From positions 1 to 32,991 of the IMG/VR virus record IMGVR_UViG_3300033480_000011: 32,991 nt of DNA, one strand, 5' to 3'. The stretch comes from a virus. Lineage: Duplodnaviria; Caudoviricetes. A model generated the notes under the pieces. The model saw only the letters and a list, made by a program, of their open reading frames with translations. It was not told where the DNA came from and ran no database searches. How positions within the stretch are numbered: position 1 is the stretch's first letter; every line of letters begins with the position of its first letter. Positions 1 through 7,669 of the stretch are shown one piece after another. Made by a program: the position numbers and the translations under genes.

Positions 1-131
1 GCGCCGAGCGAGCAGAGTGTGCGTTTGCGCGCCTGGTTGCGTGACGTGCAGGCTGCGCCAGGCGTCCGCGGCGTGTCGCCGGAGTACGTCTGCGTTGACC
101 CGAGTGCGGCCGGCCTGCGCGTGCAGCTGTA
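1..131. repeat. Terminal overlap (copy of 32861-32991), indicating a circular or circularly permuted assembly
   Basis: 1-131 is identical to 32861-32991 except C127 vs A32987, and the TerL reading frame continues across the junction. Confidence 0.97.
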
Positions 132-405
132 CCGGGATGGCTTGCCGACCACCGCGGCGGACAATGACGTGCTGCCTGGCGTCGGCACGAACATGTCGTT
201 GCTGGCCAATAACAAGCTTTACCTGTCGAAGCGTTGCGTGCAGCTCGCCAAGTACCTACCCGGATACTCGTGGGACGATAAGGCTGCGTTGACCGGCGAA
301 GACAAGCCGGTCAAGGTAAACGATCATGAATGCGACGCGCTTCGGTACGGCGATCACACGACGCGCGAGGTCTGGCACAGCGAGGTATATCCGCTTGGAG
401 CGTGA
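1..405 (+). CDS. terL: Terminase large subunit, C-terminal (nuclease) part; continuation of 31955-32860
   Basis: Frame 1 is open from base 1. VCVDPSAA and KVNDHECDALRY are typical PBSX-type TerL nuclease motifs. The gene directly precedes the portal. Confidence 0.93.
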   Translation, partial: APSEQSVRLRAWLRDVQAAPGVRGVSPEYVCVDPSAAGLRVQLYRDGLPTTAADNDVLPGVGTNMSLLANNKLYLSKRCVQLAKYLPGYSWDDKAALTGEDKPVKVNDHECDALRYGDHTTREVWHSEVYPLGA

Positions 406-408
406 GGC

Positions 409-1956
409 ATGCCGATCGAATATGGCGACATCGAGTGGCCGCCGCGCGCGTGTGTCGAGCCGAATCGTCTGCATCGCGAGTACGAAGCCTGGTACTCGGG
501 CGACGTATCCGCGATCAGTGGCGTCTACGGCGGGGGTGCCGCGCCGCTGCCGACCGCGCACCCTGCCCAGTACCGCGGTGGCGTGTCGGGCGCACTGGCG
601 CGGTTCTGGTGGGGGCGACCGCTCACGCCGAACCAGGCCACGACGCGCTTCCACGTGCCGGCACCGAGCGATGTGTCTAGCTACTCGTCCGACTTGCTTT
701 ACAGCGATCCGCTGACGTACACGCTGCCGGACGACGCGAGCGACGTGGCGAAGGATCGCCTGACGCGGGTGGTCGACGACGGCGCGCTGCACGCGCGGCT
801 GCTCGAACTCGGCGAGACGACGTCGTACGGCGGGGGTGCGTACGTCGTCGCTTACGTTGACCAGGTGGTGGCCGATGTGCCGCTGACGACTGTCTACGCG
901 CAGGACTCGGCGGTACCAGAGTGGCGCAACGGGTATCTGTGGGCCGTAACGTTCTGGCGCAGGCTCGATGGCGGTGACCGGCCGGGCGACGTCTGGCGCC
1001 ATCTTGAGCGTCACGAAGTGCTTCGTGGTACCCCGCCGGTCGGCATGGTGTACCACGCGCTGTACCGCGGTAGCGATTACAAGCTCGGCACTCGCATGTC
1101 GCTCGAAGCTCGACCGGAGACAGCCGGCCTCGCAGCGCGCGTCGGCGAAGACGGCGGGATGGCGACCGGTGCGACCGGGCTCGACGTGGTCTACGTGCCG
1201 AACGTGCGGCCCAATCGAGCGATGCGGGGTTCGCCACTCGGGCGCAGCGATTATCACGATGCGACGTCATCCTTCGATGCGCTGGACGAGACGTGGTCGT
1301 CGTGGATGAGGGACATTCGCCTGGCGAAGGGTAGGCTCGTCGTTCCGCGCGCCTACCTGCAGTCGAACGGTCCAGGCCAGGGCGCCACGTTCGATACCGA
1401 GCAAGAGGTGTTCAGCGCCGTCAATACGCTTGGCGGGCCCGACCGCGGCATGGAGCTGTCGCAGGTTCAGTTCGCGATCCGGGTTGCCGAGCATGAGGCG
1501 ACGTGCGCGGCACACTGGCGCACGATCCTGCGCCACGTCGGGTTGTCGCAGGACGCGTTCGGCGAAGAGGTCGACGGCGGATCGGCGACGGCGAAAGAGA
1601 TCGGACGGCGCGGCGAGCGTACCCGCTCGACCCGCGATCGCAAGATCCTGTATGCGCGACCCGAGGTCTCGAAACTCGCCAGCGTGCTGCAAGAGCTGGA
1701 CGTCGTCCACTACCGCCCGGCCGGCGTGGTTGCGATGCCGGTGCGGGTCGAATGGCCGGCCGAAACGCCCGATCTTGAGACGCTGTCGCGCACGTTGCAG
1801 GCGCTCGATGCGGCATCGGCCGCCTCGACGCGCGTCAAGGTCGCGATGCTCCACCCGCGCTGGTCCGAGGTCGAGGTCGACGAAGAGGTCGCGCGCATCG
1901 ATGCGCAGGGCGCGATGCCGAGCCTCCCCGATCCGGACACGTTCACGGGTAGTTGA
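409..1956 (+). CDS. Portal protein
   Basis: 515 aa directly after TerL. YVPN...LGRSDY...DALDETWSSWMRDIRLAKGRLVVP resembles actinophage SPP1-like portals. Confidence 0.9.
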   Translation: MPIEYGDIEWPPRACVEPNRLHREYEAWYSGDVSAISGVYGGGAAPLPTAHPAQYRGGVSGALARFWWGRPLTPNQATTRFHVPAPSDVSSYSSDLLYSDPLTYTLPDDASDVAKDRLTRVVDDGALHARLLELGETTSYGGGAYVVAYVDQVVADVPLTTVYAQDSAVPEWRNGYLWAVTFWRRLDGGDRPGDVWRHLERHEVLRGTPPVGMVYHALYRGSDYKLGTRMSLEARPETAGLAARVGEDGGMATGATGLDVVYVPNVRPNRAMRGSPLGRSDYHDATSSFDALDETWSSWMRDIRLAKGRLVVPRAYLQSNGPGQGATFDTEQEVFSAVNTLGGPDRGMELSQVQFAIRVAEHEATCAAHWRTILRHVGLSQDAFGEEVDGGSATAKEIGRRGERTRSTRDRKILYARPEVSKLASVLQELDVVHYRPAGVVAMPVRVEWPAETPDLETLSRTLQALDAASAASTRVKVAMLHPRWSEVEVDEEVARIDAQGAMPSLPDPDTFTGS

Positions 1957-1981
1957 CGCTTGCCGCTCTCTCATATACTGT
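1953..1981 (+). promoter_or_regulatory. Sigma70/HrdB-type promoter driving the pentamer array and RAMP-like cassette
   Basis: TTGACG (1953-1958), 17-bp spacer, TACTGT (1976-1981). The array starts about 5 nt downstream. Confidence 0.7.
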
Positions 1982-1985
1982 GCGA

Positions 1986-2353
1986 GGCGTGCGTGGCACG
2001 GCGAGGCGGGGCCCGGCACGGCGAGGCGAGGCGAGGCGAGGCGAGGCGTTCAGGGCCTGGCAGGGCTGGGCCTGGCCCGGCGAGGCCGGGCGCGGCGGGG
2101 CGTTCAGGGCATGGCTGGGCAGGGCGAGGCGAGGCGTTCAGGGCGCGGCGTGGCACGGCGCGGCCCGGCTGGGCGAGGCGGGGCGAGGCGTTCACGGCGT
2201 GGCTGGGCTAGGCAGGGCGAGGCGCGGCGCGGCATGGCGTTCAAGGCGCGGCCGGGCGAGGCCTGGCGCGGCATGGCGAGGCGAGGCGTTCAAGGCCTGG
2301 CAGGGCGAGGCGAGGCTGGGTGTGGCGAGGCCGGGCTGGGCGAGGCGTGGCGT
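1986..2353 (+). repeat. Non-coding GGY-NN pentamer array in 7 units separated by GGCGTTCAN linkers; candidate guide-RNA array
   Basis: Strict 5-nt period with constant GGC (one GGT at 2319) and variable NN. Linkers at 2045, 2099, 2133, 2187, 2236 and 2285. Units contain 10, 9, 5, 9, 8, 8 and 11 pentamers. Confidence 0.9.
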
Positions 2354-2381
2354 AATTGTCAAGAACCGAGAGGATGGGCGA

Positions 2382-3020
2382 ATGGCACCGAAAGTGGCGG
2401 AGAAGGTTGCGGCACCTATTGTGCTGCGACAGATCGAGCGTATTGAATTGATTGTCCCGATCATCGGGACGTCCCCCCTCATTCCGCACAAGTGGAGCGA
2501 GAAAGCGCTGCGCATGATGCGTGGCAAGCAGGGTGTCGACGGCAGCGGCGCGGTAAGGGAAAAGCGCGAAGCGAAGATCGCCGAAGACGAAGCCGAGGGA
2601 TGCCAGTATTACCTCGCGGACGGCACGCCCGGTATACCCGCAACGGCGTTCAAGGCTGCGATCGTCGGAGCGTGCAGGCTGTTCGAGGGGCTGACCATGG
2701 TGATGGCCAAGCAGGCTGTCTTCGTTGTTGGCGAGGGTGTCGAGCAGCTTGTCAGGATCGAAGGCGAACGGACCCTTCGGGAGGACACTCCGCGCAACGC
2801 TACGGGTGTGGCGGATCTTCGGTACCGCTACGCGTACTACCCCTGGCGGACATCGTTGCTCATCAGGTATCTGCCGAGCGTGATAGATCCTGGCAGCATC
2901 GGCACTCTGATTGATGCCGCCGGTAATGGGGGAGTCGGTGACTGGCGTCCGAGTGCGCCGAAGTCTGCGACCGGAACATTCGGCTGCTTCGAGGTCGACT
3001 TCGAGGCGCTCAATGGCTGA
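2382..3020 (+). CDS. Stand-alone RAMP / Cas7-like RNA-binding protein (212 aa)
   Basis: ATG at 2382 after GAGAGGATGG. Hallmarks: beta1 IIGTSPLI, PGIPATAFKAAI (cf. Cas7/Csm3 P.IPGSS.KGA.R) and a C-terminal G-rich loop GNGGVGDWRP...GTFGCFEV. Confidence 0.75.
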   Translation: MAPKVAEKVAAPIVLRQIERIELIVPIIGTSPLIPHKWSEKALRMMRGKQGVDGSGAVREKREAKIAEDEAEGCQYYLADGTPGIPATAFKAAIVGACRLFEGLTMVMAKQAVFVVGEGVEQLVRIEGERTLREDTPRNATGVADLRYRYAYYPWRTSLLIRYLPSVIDPGSIGTLIDAAGNGGVGDWRPSAPKSATGTFGCFEVDFEALNG

Positions 3021-3543
3021 CGTGACATTGAGGTCCATCGCTTGGGAACTCGTTATCGGAACCGATTCCGTGGACGTGGAATCTCTCGCGGACAAGCTCG
3101 TCGAGCTATGGCGATACGACGGCCTTGAACGCGAAGCGCTGATGATGGCGGCACGCGAAGCGATTACGGCGGCATGGCGTATGCGACCAATAGCCAGTGC
3201 GCACGGGCACGGGTATCAGCACCGGGAGCGGTCGGCCGAAACGTCCGGTAGCGCTCCGCTGACTCGATCAGAGCCCGTGCGTCGTGAGGTTACTTTCGCC
3301 AAGCTGGTACGCAAGACACGCCTGAGTATTGCTCCGGGGCAGTGGATCCTGCTTGATAACTGCACGTCGAGCAATTTGTTCGAGGTTGCCCAGAGGCGAT
3401 ATGACTTGGCGCACGCGAACAGCGCGCAGGGTGATCGTTTGACCAGGCTGGCAAAGGTGCTTGAGCATCAGGGTCGACAGACCGTCTCCGATCTCCCGGA
3501 CGACGATTTGGTCGAAATTCTCGGCGGTCAGTCGATCGACTAG
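3013..3543 (+). CDS. Hypothetical protein (176 aa) coupled to the RAMP-like gene
   Basis: ATG at 3013 overlaps the end of the RAMP-like gene by 8 nt. Predicted helical protein with no recognised motif. Confidence 0.7.
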   Translation: MADVTLRSIAWELVIGTDSVDVESLADKLVELWRYDGLEREALMMAAREAITAAWRMRPIASAHGHGYQHRERSAETSGSAPLTRSEPVRREVTFAKLVRKTRLSIAPGQWILLDNCTSSNLFEVAQRRYDLAHANSAQGDRLTRLAKVLEHQGRQTVSDLPDDDLVEILGGQSID

Positions 3544-3572
3544 GCGTGAGGCGTTCAGGTCGAGGTATGGCG

Positions 3573-3608
3573 CAGCGAGGCTACGGGATCGATCCCGTAG
3601 CCTCGCTG
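3573..3608. terminator. Perfect 36-bp palindrome closing the cassette; probable terminator or processing hairpin
   Basis: CAGCGAGGCTACGGGATC|GATCCCGTAGCCTCGCTG. Confidence 0.6.
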
Positions 3609-3609
3609 T

Positions 3610-4839
3610 ATGCCCGCCGATCGCATGCTTGCTGAAGACCTCGTGCAGGCTCTCGTGACGATGTACGGCGGGTTGGAAGAGCGTTTGGCACGCGGGATCG
3701 CGGTGCGGCTGGCCAGCGGAATGGATTCGCCGGATTGGGCTGCGCAGAAGCTCGCCTCGCTCGGCGAGCTACGCCGCTGGGCCGAAGCGGCGATTGTGCG
3801 CTTGAACGGACCGATGCAGGTAGAGGTGGCGCAGGCACTCGGCGCGGCATTCCTGCGTGGTGGCGATGAGGCAATCGCCGAGCTGGCCCGTGTGCAGTCG
3901 ACACATCCCGAGTGGCTGCGCTTGGCGCGAGTCTCGGCCCCGAACGACCGGCTGCGCATCGCGATCGCGCGGCGCGGCGCCGCCGTCGCGGATCGGCTGC
4001 GCGACATCGAGCGAGCCCTTCCTGGCGGGCATGCTCTGGCCAGGCTGGCGACTTCGCTTGTGACGCGATTGAGCGGTACGCACTTGCCGATCCTGCGATG
4101 GGTCGAGGATGCCTACCGCTCGGTTGTCGCCGAGATGGCAGCGCCGGGCGTGCTCGCCGGACTCGATACGCGTCGGCAGGCCAGTCAGCGAGCGTGGAAC
4201 CGCCTATTGGATCGCGGCATCACGGGGTTCGTCGACGCTCGCGGTCGCGGGTGGAACCTCGCGAGCTACGTCGAGATGGCGACACGTACCAGCGTGGCGC
4301 AGGCCGCCGTTGAGGGCCATCTTGACCGGCTCGGCGCGGCTGGACTCGACATCGTGATGGTCTCTGACGCACCGCAGGAGTGCGAGCGGTGCCGGCCGTG
4401 GGAGGGCAAGCTCCTGACCCGCGGCGGGTCGGGCGGGCGACGGTCGGTCGTCATCGATGACCCGCTGAGCGCCGATCGGACGGTAACGGTCGAGGTTGCA
4501 GGTTCGGTCGATGAGGCTGTCGCTGCCGGCCTGATGCACCCCAACTGTCGGCACTCGCTCAATGCCTATATCCACGGCGTGACGCGGGTACCCACCAACA
4601 CCCAGGACCCTGAGGGTGACGCTGCGCGTCAACGTCTGCGCGCGCTAGAGCGTCGCGTACGTCGGCTCAAGGTGCGCCAGGCTGGCGCACTCACGCCGAA
4701 GTCGTCCCGCGAGATCGGTACCGAGATTCGCGCGGCGCAGGCTGCGATACGCGAGCACGTCAAGGCGACCGAGTATCTCGGGATCCGTCGCAAGCCGGAG
4801 CGCGAGCGTATCGATCTCGGAAACGTGCGTACGTCGTAG
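3610..4839 (+). CDS. Phage minor capsid protein
   Basis: 409 aa with WNLASYVEMATRT, CERCRPWEGK and GLMHPNCRH motifs, located in the head module. Confidence 0.88.
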   Translation: MPADRMLAEDLVQALVTMYGGLEERLARGIAVRLASGMDSPDWAAQKLASLGELRRWAEAAIVRLNGPMQVEVAQALGAAFLRGGDEAIAELARVQSTHPEWLRLARVSAPNDRLRIAIARRGAAVADRLRDIERALPGGHALARLATSLVTRLSGTHLPILRWVEDAYRSVVAEMAAPGVLAGLDTRRQASQRAWNRLLDRGITGFVDARGRGWNLASYVEMATRTSVAQAAVEGHLDRLGAAGLDIVMVSDAPQECERCRPWEGKLLTRGGSGGRRSVVIDDPLSADRTVTVEVAGSVDEAVAAGLMHPNCRHSLNAYIHGVTRVPTNTQDPEGDAARQRLRALERRVRRLKVRQAGALTPKSSREIGTEIRAAQAAIREHVKATEYLGIRRKPERERIDLGNVRTS

Positions 4840-4842
4840 ACG

Positions 4843-4856
4843 TGGGAGCGCTCCCA
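4843..4856. promoter_or_regulatory. CebR/CelR-box-like palindrome, copy 1
   Basis: TGGGAGCGCTCCCA is an exact match to the actinomycete cellobiose-repressor operator. It lies within an 18-bp palindrome at 4841-4858. Confidence 0.65.
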
Positions 4857-4886
4857 CGCTTGTGACTCTCCTATGTGACACAGTTC

Positions 4887-4928
4887 ACTATACCGTGGTT
4901 GACAAACATGTCAATCGCGGTATAGACT
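4887..4928. promoter_or_regulatory. Promoter inside an imperfect palindrome; rightward, possibly also leftward
   Basis: TTGACA (4899), 18-bp spacer, TAGACT (4923) on +. A mirrored TTGACA-16 bp-TATAGT occurs on -. Confidence 0.65.
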
Positions 4929-4954
4929 ATAGGCATAAGCAAGAGAGCAGGGAA

Positions 4955-5188
4955 ATGGGGAAGATGGGAAAGATGATCACCGTTGACAAGCGAATCGCCA
5001 GGGCAGAGAAGCTCGACGACCAGATCGAGCAGATGATTGACAAGATCGCCGGAGCCAACAACTCGATGATCGACAGCCTAAACGAATTCGCCCGGTTGGT
5101 CCGCGAGGCGACGATCATCAGCGCCCTGTGCGAGCTCCAGGACGCCGACGAGGATGAGGCAGCCGAGATCATCAACGTGAACATGTGA
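4955..5188 (+). CDS. Small acidic helical hypothetical protein
   Basis: ORF downstream of the promoter, with a purine-rich leader. The start is one of ATG 4955, 4964 or 4973. Confidence 0.65.
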   Translation: MGKMGKMITVDKRIARAEKLDDQIEQMIDKIAGANNSMIDSLNEFARLVREATIISALCELQDADEDEAAEIINVNM

Positions 5189-5202
5189 AGGAGGGGATCA
5201 CC

Positions 5203-5442
5203 ATGGCAGACGTTGCTGAGCGCTACGTTGCTGCGGCTGCCCTCCTGGGCGAGATTGCCCGCGCCGAGGAGCTGCACGCCGAAGCGTTGTCGATCGCAAT
5301 GCAGCATCGGGTGTGGCGGGACGGAGTGATCCGCTGGGCGATGACGGCCGGCGTGCCGCGGGCACGCATCGCTGAGGCTGCGGGGATCACCCCCGCGATG
5401 CTGTACAGGATCATGGGCCGTGGGAGCGCTCCCACGGCGTAG
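5203..5442 (+). CDS. Small helix-turn-helix DNA-binding protein
   Basis: RBS AAGGAGGGG. C-terminal GVPRARIAEAAGITPAMLYRIM has an HTH pattern. Confidence 0.75.
   Translation: MADVAERYVAAAALLGEIARAEELHAEALSIAMQHRVWRDGVIRWAMTAGVPRARIAEAAGITPAMLYRIMGRGSAPTA
5421..5434. promoter_or_regulatory. CebR/CelR-box-like palindrome, copy 2
   Basis: TGGGAGCGCTCCCA within a 22-bp palindrome at 5417-5438, at the 3' end of the HTH gene. Confidence 0.6.
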
Positions 5443-5446
5443 TCAG

Positions 5447-5490
5447 TAGCAATGCCACCGATCGCAACTCGACGATCGGTGGCATTGCTA
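5447..5490 (+). terminator. Intrinsic terminator-like hairpin
   Basis: 18-bp stem TAGCAATGCCACCGATCG / CGATCGGTGGCATTGCTA with an 8-nt loop, followed by TTCTGTT. Confidence 0.7.
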
Positions 5491-5555
5491 TTCTGTTGAT
5501 GACTCAAGTACTGGCGATCGGTGGTCGCCTGAGTCATACCCCGGGAGGGCTTGAA

Positions 5556-6227
5556 GTGACTCAACCTAATCCGGCCACGCCGGTCGTGACCGATCCTCCG
5601 GCCGATCCGACACCGACGCCGGCTGTGCCTGCGCCGGTCGATCCGGCACCCGCGTTCGACCCGAAAGCCCTGTCGCCTGAGGCGCAGGAGTACATCAGGT
5701 CGCAGATTGCGGCTGCCGACCAGAAAGCGCGCACGACCAGTAAGGCCAACGCGGCGAAGGAAGCGACGGAGGCGCTTACTTCAAAGTTGGCGCAGGCACT
5801 CGGACTGGCTCCTGATCAGTCGCGTGATCCGGAAGCGCTGACGAAGCAACTGACCGAGTCGCAACGCGAGGCACGTATGTTGCGCATCGAGCGTGCAATT
5901 GAGCTTGCTGCGCGCAAGTCGGATGCCGACGAAGAACTTGTGACGGCCGTGCTGCTACGCGGTGGTCGGCTGGCGAAGCTCGACCCGACAGCGGACGACT
6001 TCGGCGCAAGCGTGGCGGAGCTTGTCAAGAGCGCCGTCGAAGCAAATCCGAGACTGCGCGCGACGCCGGCCGTGCCGGCACCCGCGGCGGTTGGTGGGGC
6101 AACGTCAACGGCCATGGCTGGGCCTGGCGCAGCGGCTGCGCAGGGTGGCGGTACCGGTGGTTCCGAGCCCGACTTCGGCAACATGTCGGTGGACGATCTA
6201 CGCAAATACATCAAGGACAATCGATAG
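5556..6227 (+). CDS. Capsid scaffolding protein
   Basis: GTG after GGGAGGG. Pro/Ala-rich N-terminus and helical core, immediately before the major capsid gene. Confidence 0.8.
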   Translation: MTQPNPATPVVTDPPADPTPTPAVPAPVDPAPAFDPKALSPEAQEYIRSQIAAADQKARTTSKANAAKEATEALTSKLAQALGLAPDQSRDPEALTKQLTESQREARMLRIERAIELAARKSDADEELVTAVLLRGGRLAKLDPTADDFGASVAELVKSAVEANPRLRATPAVPAPAAVGGATSTAMAGPGAAAAQGGGTGGSEPDFGNMSVDDLRKYIKDNR

Positions 6228-6267
6228 CGCGCCGGGCGCGCAGGCTCGGCGAGGAAGATAGGAAGCA

Positions 6268-7188
6268 ATGGCACTTTTGACCTTGACCACAATGGCGCGG
6301 CTGGCACTCGCCACGCTGTTTGAGAACAGCATCATGCTGTCTCTGGTCAACCGCGATTGGGAGAACGAGTTCTCCCCTGGCAAGGGTGACAAGATTCGCG
6401 TCCGCAAGCCGAGTCTGTACCAGGCGCACGAATTCACCGGCGCGATCATCGAGCAGACCCCTGCCGAGTCGTACGTCGACATTGAGCTGAGCCATCACAT
6501 CGACACGTCGATCGCGCTTACGTCGCGGGACATGGCGCTGAATCTGTCCGATTTCAATACCCAGATCATGACTCCCGCATTCGAGGCGATCGCGAAGAAG
6601 GTCGACACCGACCTCCTGGCGCTTCGCGCTGACCTTCTCAAGATTGTCGGCGATGGGGTGTACCGGCCAGCCGGCGTGACCCGTGCGGCGTATACGAAGT
6701 TCGACGCTCGATGCCTGCTCGACGCTGGCGTACGCCTGGCGGACGACAACGTGCCGCTCGGCGACACATACGCGGTGATCGATGCCGCGACCGCGGGCGA
6801 ATGGCTCGGCAGTGACCTGTTCTCGAACAACGCCCAGGCCGCGGGTGCGGACATCGCGACTCAGGCGCTGCTTAACGCGTCGCTCGGCCAGCGCCGGTAC
6901 GGGTTCGCCCCGTACCAGAGCCACAACATCGAGGATGGCCAGGGTGTCGCCTTCCATCGCAGCGCGTTCACCTTGGCAACCAGGCCGCTTGAGCTGCCCG
7001 ACGGGATCCCCGCGGAAGGTAAGGCGATCGAGAACTACAAGGGTGTAGGGATCCGGGTCATCAAGGCGTACGAGGTTCGGTCCAAGAAGACGATCGTCAG
7101 CTTCGACCTGCTCTACGGCGTCAAGACCATGGACGCGGCGCGCGCCGTGCTGATCGGCGAGAGTTCCGAGTCCGGCAGCGGTAGCTAG
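6268..7188 (+). CDS. Major capsid protein (P22 coat-like family)
   Basis: 306 aa with VNRDWENEF..GKGDKIRVRKP, AFHRSAFTLATRPL and SFDLLYGVKT, located after the scaffold gene. Confidence 0.9.
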   Translation: MALLTLTTMARLALATLFENSIMLSLVNRDWENEFSPGKGDKIRVRKPSLYQAHEFTGAIIEQTPAESYVDIELSHHIDTSIALTSRDMALNLSDFNTQIMTPAFEAIAKKVDTDLLALRADLLKIVGDGVYRPAGVTRAAYTKFDARCLLDAGVRLADDNVPLGDTYAVIDAATAGEWLGSDLFSNNAQAAGADIATQALLNASLGQRRYGFAPYQSHNIEDGQGVAFHRSAFTLATRPLELPDGIPAEGKAIENYKGVGIRVIKAYEVRSKKTIVSFDLLYGVKTMDAARAVLIGESSESGSGS

Positions 7189-7193
7189 TCCGG

Positions 7194-7238
7194 ATGGCAT
7201 GGTGCCCGGCGTCGACACAACGCCGGGCACCATGCCAT
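7194..7238 (+). terminator. Hairpin after the major capsid gene
   Basis: 19-bp stem ATGGCATGGTGCCCGGCGT / ACGCCGGGCACCATGCCAT with a 7-nt loop. Confidence 0.7.
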
Positions 7239-7284
7239 ACTTGACGAGTCGTTGACCGGTAGTTGGCAGGGATGGGTGGGCAGC

Positions 7285-7668
7285 GTGAAGCGCGGAGTGG
7301 CGTTTGTGGTGGTCGGGTTTTTGATGATCCTGACTTGCATGATCGGAATAGCGATCACTTCCACGTCAGGCGTCGATGACGCGCCGAGCCGAGAGACCAC
7401 GTCTGCCTCGGGGGATCCAACGAAATTGGACGATTCGGCGAAGCTCGCCTGCGAAGACTTCGCCAGTGATTGGGCCGCAGCTCAGACTGACACGGCACGA
7501 ATCAAGCTCGCAGGCAAGGTCAATAAGTGGTCGTCAAGATCGACCACCCCAGGCATCGCCGAGGGTGGTCGTCTACTCGGACGGATGGCCGGGAAAAGTG
7601 AGGGTTCGTGGCAGCTCGCTGGCGATGTATTCGCAAAAGCATGCCTCGACGGCGGATATGGGAAATGA
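7285..7668 (+). CDS. Membrane-anchored or secreted hypothetical protein
   Basis: N-terminal hydrophobic helix, Ser/Thr linker and a small domain with two Cys. The start codon is uncertain. Confidence 0.65.
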   Translation: MKRGVAFVVVGFLMILTCMIGIAITSTSGVDDAPSRETTSASGDPTKLDDSAKLACEDFASDWAAAQTDTARIKLAGKVNKWSSRSTTPGIAEGGRLLGRMAGKSEGSWQLAGDVFAKACLDGGYGK

Positions 7669-7669
7669 C

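Noticed and set aside
256-1257. Long antisense and alternative-frame ORFs (for example 256..1257 -, 6211..7233 -, 28138..29121 -, 32114..32854 -)
   Set aside because: These are shadow ORFs of high-GC genes whose sense-strand products have clear family motifs.
1986-2353. Canonical CRISPR array or simple microsatellite
   Set aside because: There are no 23-47 bp repeats with unique spacers, and variation is restricted to two positions per pentamer with regular linkers, unlike slippage repeats.
1953-2381. Arg/Gly/Ala-rich ORFs across the array (N-terminal extension of 1953..3020, 1960..2211, 1971..2195, 1430..2446)
   Set aside because: These frames are open only because GGC-NN repeats rarely contain stop codons. 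The TTG start is the -35 box, and a good RBS precedes ATG 2382.
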